From Candidatus Lustribacter sp. (GTDB lineage: Bacteria > Vulcanimicrobiota > Vulcanimicrobiia > Vulcanimicrobiales > Vulcanimicrobiaceae): a stretch of 64,000 bases of DNA. A model generated the notes under the pieces. That model had not been told where the DNA came from, made no database searches, and was given only the letters and a program-made list of their open reading frames with translations. Each line of letters starts with the position of its first letter. The first letter of the stretch is position 1. Below, in pieces: positions 56,692 to 64,000 of the stretch. The stretch covers positions 864,001 through 928,000 of the forward strand of contig OZ255842.1 in assembly GCA_965277805.1 (NCBI GenBank), read 5' to 3'. Both the position numbers and the translations under genes were made by a program.

Positions 56692-57891
56692 ATGGAATCG
56701 ACGGAGTTGCTGGTGATCGGATGCGGCCCGGCTGGCGGTACGGCGGCCCGCGAGGCGGCCCGGTCCGGGGTCTCGACCATGGTTCTCGAGCGGGATTCGG
56801 TCGTCGGCGCCAAGCGCGTCTGTGCGGCGGGGCTACGGCCGGGCTTCTGCGAGACCTTCGATTTGCCGCGCTCGATCGTCCACTGCGATACGCCCCGGCT
56901 GACGCTCTCGACGATCCAGAAAACCTATGCCTTCACGCTGGGCCCGGCCCACACGACGACGCGCGAAGAACTCGACGGCACGATCGCCGCGCTGGCCCAA
57001 GACGAGGGGGCGGAGATCCGCACCGGCACGCTCTTCCGTTCGCTCGAACGCGATCGCGACGGGGTGATCGTCGAGTATGCCGACACGCGCGCGGGCACGC
57101 GCAAGAAGATCCGGGCGCGTTCGGTATTTCTCGCGCAGGGCTCGAGTGCGCGACTCGACGATGTCGACCCGTCGTTCGCCTACGATGAATGGCGCAACGG
57201 TTTGCTGACGTGCATCCAGTATCGTGTCTATCCGCAAACGCCGGCGATCGCCGAAACGTATCAGACGCTCGAGATGCACTACTACCGCAGTCCGCTTTCG
57301 GGCGAGACGATCATCGCGTGGATGTTTCCCAAACGCGATCATCTCTCGATCGGTCTGGGCCTCGGACCGAAAGTCAACGGCGCCGCGCTGCGCGCGGAAC
57401 TCGCGTGGTTCTTGCCGCGCGTGCAGGCGCGGCTCTTTCCCGGCATCCCGTATACGATTCGCGAAGAAGGTAACTTGCTCTACGGCGGCAAGCCGCGGCC
57501 GGGCATTGCGAACGATCGCGTGATGGTCGGCGGCACGGCGGCCGGCCTCGTCGATGCAACGACCGGTGAAGGCATCCTCGAAGCGGCGATGAGCGGACGC
57601 TTTGCAGCCGCGGCCGTCAGCGCCGCCAAAGCCGGCGGAGCGGATCCCGCGCCGGCGTACGATAAAGCCACAAAACACGCGTTCTACTCGCGCTTACGGC
57701 ACCGCGCGAAACTGATGGCGTTCCTCGAACGCAAGCCCGCGCGCTTCGATGTGCTCTTCCGCCAACTCGAGGGCGCGCCGCGCTTCGCCGACCTCTTGCA
57801 GCACGATCGCAACGATTTCACGCCCGCGCAGTGGCTCTATTTATACGGACAGGCACTGCGTTTCGGGGCCCGCGCGGCGTTCGTCGCATAG
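56692..57891 (+). CDS. Geranylgeranyl reductase-family FAD oxidoreductase
   Basis: GCGPAG, R..LD, WMFPK, G.AAG.V...TGEGI. Confidence 0.85.
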   Translation: MESTELLVIGCGPAGGTAAREAARSGVSTMVLERDSVVGAKRVCAAGLRPGFCETFDLPRSIVHCDTPRLTLSTIQKTYAFTLGPAHTTTREELDGTIAALAQDEGAEIRTGTLFRSLERDRDGVIVEYADTRAGTRKKIRARSVFLAQGSSARLDDVDPSFAYDEWRNGLLTCIQYRVYPQTPAIAETYQTLEMHYYRSPLSGETIIAWMFPKRDHLSIGLGLGPKVNGAALRAELAWFLPRVQARLFPGIPYTIREEGNLLYGGKPRPGIANDRVMVGGTAAGLVDATTGEGILEAAMSGRFAAAAVSAAKAGGADPAPAYDKATKHAFYSRLRHRAKLMAFLERKPARFDVLFRQLEGAPRFADLLQHDRNDFTPAQWLYLYGQALRFGARAAFVA

Positions 57892-57892
57892 G

Positions 57893-58915
57893 GTGCTTGC
57901 GTTTGCGGTCGAGCGCTGCGTGCGGCTCGTGGTCGTGCTCTTGGCGATTACGCTGGTCAGCTTTCTCTTTTTGCACCTGATCCCGGGCAATCCGGTTGCG
58001 ATCCGGCTGGGCGAACATGCGAGCCCGCAGCAAATCGCATTTCTAACGCACCAGTACGGCCTCGACCGGCCGTGGTGGGTGCAGCTCGGCAAGTATTTGG
58101 TCGCGCTCGCGCACGGCGATCTCGGAATCTCGATTTCCGACACGCAACCGGTCGCGCAAAAACTCGCGCTCGCATTTCCGGCCACGGTCGAGCTGACGTT
58201 CGGCGCGATGCTGGTCGCGATCGTGATTGGGATTCCGGCAGGCGTGCTTGCGGCGGTGCGCCGGCGTTCGTTCCTCGATGTGTTCACGATGAGCGCGGTG
58301 CTCGTCGGCGTTTCGATTCCGGTCTTCTGGCTCGGCTGGATGCTCATCTACGCGCTGGCCGTGCTGCCCTCGCGCTTTGGCCTCGATCTCTTTCCGATCT
58401 CCGGGCGCATCTCGCTGCTCTACGACATTCCGCCGCGCACGCACCTCATCGTGTTCGATGCGCTGCTGGCCGGCAACGGCCGCGCGGCGCTCGACGCGCT
58501 CTGGCATTTGGTGCTGCCGGCCTTGACGCTGGGAACGATCCCGCTCGCAATCGTCGCGAAAATCACGCGCGGTTCGATGCTCGAGGTTTTGGCGAGCGAC
58601 TACGTACGGACGGCGCGCGCGAAGGGTTTGAGCGAGCGCACCGTCGTGGTGCGGCACGCGCTGCGCAATGCGCTGATCCCGATTATCACGGTGCTCGGCC
58701 TGCAGACCGGTCTCTTGCTCGGCGGTGCCGTGCTGACCGAGAGCGTGTTCGCTTGGCCGGGGGTCGGGCGACTGGCGTTCGACGCGATTTCCAACCGGGA
58801 CATGCCGGTTATCAACGGCTGCGTGCTGCTCTTCGCCACGGTCTTCGTGACCGTGAACACCATCGTCGATTTGCTGTACGCTTTGGCCAATCCCAGGATT
58901 CGCTACGCCGGGTAG
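57893..58915 (+). CDS. Peptide/nickel ABC permease, DppB family
   Basis: PGNP, GLDRP, GDLG, DYVRTARAKGL, HALRNA, FAWPGVG. Confidence 0.93.
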   Translation: MLAFAVERCVRLVVVLLAITLVSFLFLHLIPGNPVAIRLGEHASPQQIAFLTHQYGLDRPWWVQLGKYLVALAHGDLGISISDTQPVAQKLALAFPATVELTFGAMLVAIVIGIPAGVLAAVRRRSFLDVFTMSAVLVGVSIPVFWLGWMLIYALAVLPSRFGLDLFPISGRISLLYDIPPRTHLIVFDALLAGNGRAALDALWHLVLPALTLGTIPLAIVAKITRGSMLEVLASDYVRTARAKGLSERTVVVRHALRNALIPIITVLGLQTGLLLGGAVLTESVFAWPGVGRLAFDAISNRDMPVINGCVLLFATVFVTVNTIVDLLYALANPRIRYAG

Positions 58916-59047
58916 AGGGCAACTCCTTACCAATTCTGTGAAAAACGTTAACCGTATCACGACAAACCACAGCCTCTTGAACGGGGGAACGGCCCGGGCG
59001 AAACGAACTCAAGCGGCTAGGTCCGAACTTCGTCTCGGAGTGCCCGT

Positions 59048-59863
59048 GTGAAAGCTACTCGCGAAACCCGGCGATATGTCATCGCCGGCGCAGAACTCAG
59101 CCGGGAAGAAATCGTCCACAAGTATCTTCACTTAGTGAAATATGTGGCCGGTCGCATCTCGATCAATCTGCCCCCCAACGTCGAGATCAACGACCTGATC
59201 AACGACGGAATTCTGGGTTTAATCGACGCGATCGAAAAGTACGATGATGCCCGCGGCGTGAAGTTCGAGACGTACGCGATCACCCGCATCAGCGGCGCGA
59301 TCCTAGACGCCTTGCGAGCGCTCGACTGGGTGCCGCGAGCCGTGCGGCAACGTGCCCGCGAACTGGAACGCATCTACCAGGAACTCGAGATCGAGTTCGG
59401 CCGGGCCGCGACCGAAGAAGAAGTCGCCAACCGGATGGGGATGACGGTCAAAGAGCTCGACGTGCTGATGCAAAAAGTTCGCGGCACGTCGGTCCTCTCG
59501 CTGGAAGAGTTTCTCCCCAACGAGCGCGGCTATGAGATCCCGCTGCTCGACACGCTCAAGGATGACGGCAACGAGGTCTCGAGCGCCGTCGAGGCCCGCG
59601 AGATCAAAGCCGCCCTGGTCACCGCGGTCGACGCGCTGCCGATGCAAGAGCGCACGGTGATCTCGCTCTACTACTTCGAGGGCCTGACCCTCAAGGAGAT
59701 CAAGGGCGTCCTCAACGTCTCGGAGTCGCGCGTCTCCCAGATTCACGCCCAAGCCGTGATCCATCTGCGCGCCAAATTGCGAAATTTGACCGCGGATTTG
59801 GGATATCGTGAGGGCGATCCGAACGTGAAGCAGAAGTATACCCGGAAGCCGCAACCGGCCTAA
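59048..59863 (+). CDS. fliA: FliA/WhiG-family sigma factor (sigma28)
   Basis: GLIDAIEKYD, KFETYA, DWVPR, VSESRVSQIH. Confidence 0.93.
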   Translation: MKATRETRRYVIAGAELSREEIVHKYLHLVKYVAGRISINLPPNVEINDLINDGILGLIDAIEKYDDARGVKFETYAITRISGAILDALRALDWVPRAVRQRARELERIYQELEIEFGRAATEEEVANRMGMTVKELDVLMQKVRGTSVLSLEEFLPNERGYEIPLLDTLKDDGNEVSSAVEAREIKAALVTAVDALPMQERTVISLYYFEGLTLKEIKGVLNVSESRVSQIHAQAVIHLRAKLRNLTADLGYREGDPNVKQKYTRKPQPA

Positions 59864-59894
59864 CTCACCCGGCCAGCTCTCAAGGAGAGGGTTC

Positions 59895-60227
59895 ATGGCG
59901 ATCCGGCCAACCGATCTGCAAACGGCGCTCATCGTTTCCACCCAGGCCCCGCCCACGCAGCAGCGTCTGGAACAGGCGCCGGGTTTGAGTCAGGCTGCGC
60001 AGCAAGCCGCGTTCGTCAGCAAGACCGACGAGCGCAACGAGCGCGTGGCCGAAACCACCGATCTGCAGGGCAATAAGATCGGCGTCAACGAGCGCGAGCA
60101 GCCCGACCAGCAAGGCGGCCGCGGCCGCAAGCGCGAGCGCAAGCCCGGCGACCCGTTCGATGAAGTCGTTGAAGACGCCGCCGGCCTATCCGACGGAACC
60201 GCGCACTTGATCGACTATAGCGCGTAG
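59895..60227 (+). CDS. Hypothetical protein of the flagellar region
   Basis: AAGGAG RBS; MAIRPTDLQ start, Gln-rich body, G..ID end. Confidence 0.7.
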   Translation: MAIRPTDLQTALIVSTQAPPTQQRLEQAPGLSQAAQQAAFVSKTDERNERVAETTDLQGNKIGVNEREQPDQQGGRGRKRERKPGDPFDEVVEDAAGLSDGTAHLIDYSA

Positions 60228-60245
60228 AGTTCCCGTGTCCAGCTA

Positions 60246-62198
60246 ATGTCGGTCAACCCGGCCGCCGTCAACGCGGCCGCCGCCAGCAATGCGGCCTCTA
60301 CGGCGGCCGTCGAGCAATTGATTGCGGCCGAGATCAGCGCGCTTGCCGCCGAAGCGCAGGCGCTGCAAGGCCAAGTCACTACCGGCCAAGTCGTTACCGC
60401 GCAAGTGCTGCCGCCGAACGGGCTCACCGATCTGATCCAGATTCTCGGCAATCGCGTCGCGGCCGCGCTGCCGCCGGGCCTGGCGCCGGGACAAACGTTC
60501 ACCGCACAAGTGACCGGTTTCGACGGGCCGCAGATCTTGCTGCAAGTCCTCAACACGATCGAGACGCCCGCCGGCTCGGCCGACGCGCCGCCGCCTGGTC
60601 TCGGCAATGCCGCATTACAAACGGGCGTTGACGAGCAGGCTCCGAGCGCGCTCGAGCTCGCGGCAACCCGCCCGATGTTGCCCGACGGCATCTCGCCGAG
60701 CATCGCACCGCCGCCCGCCGTCTTCGTGGCTGCGTCCGTGCGGCCGGCTCCCGGAGCGAATGCGCCGGCCGCGCCCGCCCCGGACCAAGGCCCCGTCACC
60801 TTACCGCCGCCGGCGCAAGTGCTCGCGCAGCCGCTCAACGGGCTTGCCGATATCGAAGCGCGCCTGGCCGCCGCGCGCGCGGGGGCCGTGAGTATCAACG
60901 TTCCGCAGGCTGCACCGGCGCCCGCGCCCGCGGCCGCACCCGGCGGTGCGCCGGTCAACTTGCCGCCCCCGCCGACCACATCGACGGCGGGCGCGCCGGT
61001 CGCCACCGCGTCGCCCAATGCCGTTCCGCAGCCGCCGCCGGTGATGTCCGGACGCTTCACGCTGCCGCCGCAAATCACACCCTCGGCGCGCTTTTCCGAA
61101 GCCGCGCCGCCGGCCGCGACCAACGCGCCGGCAGCCGCACCGCCGGCCCAGGCCGCGACCGGACTCGCGGCTCTCCGCGATCCGGCCGCGCTGATTCGCG
61201 CGTTGAATTTGCCGGTGACGCCGACCAACGTGGCCGCGGCGCAACTCGCGATCAACACGCCCCAACGGCTGCCGGCGGCGCTCGCCACGCTCGAGAGCGC
61301 GCTACCGGAAACCGACGATCCGCGCGTCGCGACGCTGCGCACGCTCTCCGCGTTCGTCAGCCGCATCGAGCCGTCGTCGCCGCAGCTGGCGGCGCAGATC
61401 TCGGCCTATGTCGACAACGTCGTTACCGGCAACGAGCCGAAGCTCGTGCAGTTGTTGAACGCGCAGCTCGCCGCGAATCAAGAGCCCGCTGCGCCGCCGC
61501 CCGCCGCGCCGGCCGGAGGCGCGACGCAAGGTTCTTCGCAAGCCGCTCCGTTGCCGCCGATCGTGCAGCAGCCGGCGCTGCCGGTGGTCGCGCTCGCGCA
61601 AGCTGCCGAACGCGGCGCGGCGCTTACCGCCGACTTGAAGACGCAATTGCTCGCGGTGATCAACGCGCCGCCGGCCGGCAGCGAAGAAGGCGCCCTCGTA
61701 CCTGCCGCATCGAGCGCGCTGAGCGCGATCACCGCCGTGCAGATGAACGCGGCACAAGCGATGAACGCGAACCCGCAAACGATGGCGTTCACCTTGCCGA
61801 TGTGGCTCGGCAACGGCTACGCGCAAGCGCATATCGCGATCGACCGCGATGCGCCCGAACCCGGCAATCGCAGTCTCGACGGCGACAACTTCCATATCGC
61901 CTTCGTGCTCGACACGAAGAACCTCGGCACCGTCACGGTCGACTTGCAGACGGTTGGCCGCGCGTTTTCGCTGGCGGTGAAAACGGAAAGCGAACCGTCG
62001 GCGAAACGCTTTGCCGATTCGCTGCCGACGCTGACCGATCGGCTGCAGAAGTTGCGCTACCGGGTGAATTCGGCCGAAGCAACGGTGGCTGCGCGCGGCG
62101 CGCAAGCTGCGGCGGCTGCCGCGGCCGCAGCGGCCCCGGCGATCGAGGAAACCCAGGATGATGACGGCATCGGCTCCGACGTGAACGTGCGCGCATGA
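60246..62198 (+). CDS. FliK-like hook-length control protein
   Basis: Long Pro/Ala-rich region; C-terminal LDTKNLGTVTV domain; precedes a FlhB-like gene. Confidence 0.7.
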   Translation: MSVNPAAVNAAAASNAASTAAVEQLIAAEISALAAEAQALQGQVTTGQVVTAQVLPPNGLTDLIQILGNRVAAALPPGLAPGQTFTAQVTGFDGPQILLQVLNTIETPAGSADAPPPGLGNAALQTGVDEQAPSALELAATRPMLPDGISPSIAPPPAVFVAASVRPAPGANAPAAPAPDQGPVTLPPPAQVLAQPLNGLADIEARLAAARAGAVSINVPQAAPAPAPAAAPGGAPVNLPPPPTTSTAGAPVATASPNAVPQPPPVMSGRFTLPPQITPSARFSEAAPPAATNAPAAAPPAQAATGLAALRDPAALIRALNLPVTPTNVAAAQLAINTPQRLPAALATLESALPETDDPRVATLRTLSAFVSRIEPSSPQLAAQISAYVDNVVTGNEPKLVQLLNAQLAANQEPAAPPPAAPAGGATQGSSQAAPLPPIVQQPALPVVALAQAAERGAALTADLKTQLLAVINAPPAGSEEGALVPAASSALSAITAVQMNAAQAMNANPQTMAFTLPMWLGNGYAQAHIAIDRDAPEPGNRSLDGDNFHIAFVLDTKNLGTVTVDLQTVGRAFSLAVKTESEPSAKRFADSLPTLTDRLQKLRYRVNSAEATVAARGAQAAAAAAAAAAPAIEETQDDDGIGSDVNVRA

Positions 62199-62503
62199 AC
62201 AACAACAGCGCCTACTACAATTCCCGGCGCAACGCGCCGCAACGTCCGGCCGCGGCGGCGATGTACTACGATCCGGCCGGCAGCGCGCCGCCCGAAATCA
62301 TCGCGACCGGGCAAGGGATGATCGCCGAGGAAATCGTCAACGCGGCGCGCGAGCACGGCATCCCGCTCCATCAGGATCCGGGTCTGGTGGAAGCGCTCTC
62401 CAAACTCGACATCGGCACGATGATCCCGCGCGAACTCTACGCCGTGGTCGCCGAAGTGCTCGCCTTCGTCTATTCCGTCGATACCGAGGCAGCAACAGGC
62501 TGA
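62195..62503 (+). CDS. FlhB cytoplasmic-domain-like protein (YlqH/EscU family)
   Basis: A...YD, AP.IIA.G.G..A..I, IP.ELY..VAEVLAFVY. Confidence 0.9.
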   Translation: MNNNSAYYNSRRNAPQRPAAAAMYYDPAGSAPPEIIATGQGMIAEEIVNAAREHGIPLHQDPGLVEALSKLDIGTMIPRELYAVVAEVLAFVYSVDTEAATG

Positions 62504-62524
62504 CGGCGAACCCGCATCACGGTC

Positions 62525-63439
62525 ATGTCGTGGTTCGATAAACTCAAGGCAAGCGTCACCCGGTCGCGCGATGCGCTGCTTGGTCTGGAAACGATGGCGC
62601 TCGCAAAGCGTCCGCTCGATGCCTCCTTCTGGGATGAATTCGAAGAGATCCTCATCGGTGCGGACTTCGGCTTCGCCACGACGGAGAAGATCGTGTCCGC
62701 ACTGCAGGGCGTGACGAAGCAAGACCGTTACCAGACGAGCGATCAGGTCATCGCGCGCTTCAAACGCGACGTGAAGAACTTCCTCACGCTGCCCGACATG
62801 GGCTTGCAGCTCGAACGCAAACCGGCCGTGATCCTCATCGTCGGCGTGAACGGCAGCGGCAAGACGACGACGATCGGCAAACTCGCGACCGCGATGAGAC
62901 GTAACCGGCGCAAGGTGCTGCTCGTGGCGGCGGATACGTTTCGCGCGGCGGCGGCGGAGCAGCTCACGATTTGGGCGGAGCGCGCGGGCGTGGAGATCGT
63001 GCGCGGGAACGAGGGCGCGGATCCGTCGTCGGTCGTCTTCGACGGCATGGTTGCGGCGAAGTCGCGCGGCTCCGACGTCGTTCTCGTCGACACGGCCGGC
63101 CGCTTACAAACCAAAACCAACCTGATGGAAGAGTTGAAGAAGATGCGCCGCGTGATCGAGCGCGAAACCGGCGCACCGCCGGCCGAAACGCTGCTCGTCC
63201 TCGACGGCACGACCGGGCAAAACGCGCTCTCGCAAGCGAAGCTCTTCAACGAAGCGACGCAACTCACGGGCGTCATCGTAACGAAGCTCGACTCAACCGC
63301 AAAGGGCGGCGTGCTCGTCGGCATCGTCGATCAGCTGACCGTGCCGATAAAATACATCGGCCTCGGAGAAACGGCCGACGCGCTGCAGCCCTTCAACCCC
63401 GACGATTTCACGAAAGCGCTGTTCGAACCGGCCGCCTAG
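62525..63439 (+). CDS. ftsY: SRP receptor GTPase FtsY
   Basis: GVNGSGKTTT, DTFRAAA, DTAGR, TKLDSTAKGG. Confidence 0.97.
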   Translation: MSWFDKLKASVTRSRDALLGLETMALAKRPLDASFWDEFEEILIGADFGFATTEKIVSALQGVTKQDRYQTSDQVIARFKRDVKNFLTLPDMGLQLERKPAVILIVGVNGSGKTTTIGKLATAMRRNRRKVLLVAADTFRAAAAEQLTIWAERAGVEIVRGNEGADPSSVVFDGMVAAKSRGSDVVLVDTAGRLQTKTNLMEELKKMRRVIERETGAPPAETLLVLDGTTGQNALSQAKLFNEATQLTGVIVTKLDSTAKGGVLVGIVDQLTVPIKYIGLGETADALQPFNPDDFTKALFEPAA

Positions 63440-63477
63440 ACCAAGGGGCCGCGCGCCCGAGCGGGCAAGCCCAATCC

Positions 63478-64000
63478 ATGACGATACTCAGTCGCAGGCT
63501 CGCCTTGTTGCTGCCGGTCGTGGCCGTCGGCCTGTCGCTGGAACTCGCGACCGCGCTGCACGCACAATCGGGTCCGCCGGCGGCGCTCGCCGGACACGTT
63601 CGTTCGGCGGCCGAAGGCCGGATGGAAGGGGTGCTCGTCACCGCGCGCAAGCCGGGATCGAACATCGCGGTCACGGTGGTCACCGACGCGCGCGGAACGT
63701 ACCGCTTCCCCGCTTCGCACTTGGCGCCGGGGACCTACCGACTGAGCATTCGCGCCGCCGGCTACGATCTTGCCGCCACGCCGGCCGTTATGGTTGATGC
63801 CGGGAAAACGGCGAACGACGATCTGCGGCTCGTCCCGGCGAAAGATCTCGAAGATCAGGTTTCCAACGGCGAGTGGATGACCAGCATGCCGGCCACCGAC
63901 GCGCAACGCGTCGAAATGCTCGCGTGCACCCAGTGCCACACGCTGCAGCGGGTCGTCGACTCGTATCACACCGCCGCAGAATGGCGTGACGTCGTGTTGC
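63478..64000 (+). CDS. Secreted protein with carboxypeptidase-regulatory-like domain and c-type heme motif, truncated by the window
   Basis: Hand-translated: signal peptide, MEGVLVTA, TD..G.Y.F, CTQCH near the window end. Confidence 0.75.
   Translation, partial: MTILSRRLALLLPVVAVGLSLELATALHAQSGPPAALAGHVRSAAEGRMEGVLVTARKPGSNIAVTVVTDARGTYRFPASHLAPGTYRLSIRAAGYDLAATPAVMVDAGKTANDDLRLVPAKDLEDQVSNGEWMTSMPATDAQRVEMLACTQCHTLQRVVDSYHTAAEWRDVVL

Noticed and set aside
63470-63500. Another CCCAATCCA match to the ECF motif
   Set aside because: It runs straight into the start codon and has no CGT(A/T) at the right spacing

Overview
GC-rich bacterial chromosomal window, densely coding (about 60 CDS and 4 tRNAs: Val-GAC, Val-CAC, Asp-GTC, Phe-GAA). 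A TonB-dependent receptor and a TonB domain suggest a diderm cell; the gene content resembles soil Eremiobacterota/Vulcanimicrobiota, but that is inference only. I saw no integrase, transposase, prophage or CRISPR array. Main blocks: a SigK-like ECF sigma/anti-sigma operon with cupredoxin and metallophosphoesterase; DUF488 and topoisomerase IB; many orphan ABC substrate-binding proteins; a UGSC-family redox pair split by one in-frame TAA; a LuxR-ATPase regulator segment beside tRNA-Phe; a ferritin-like/NiCoT/DUF4331 x2/TPR/NiCoT metal cluster; a His-rich protein coupled to an RHH-like protein; xth, primase-polymerase and LigC interrupted by two Met-rich paralogues around a hydrolase; a TonB-dependent receptor; two c-di-GMP enzymes; H+-PPase; and fliA, fliK-like, flhB-like, ftsY. 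Best candidate new system: a shared AATCC-N16/17-CGT(A/T) promoter-like motif links the ECF operon to the Ni/Co-transport DUF4331 cluster 26 kb away, with a possible split His-rich/RHH metal sensor nearby. All family calls come from reading motifs; no database searches were run.
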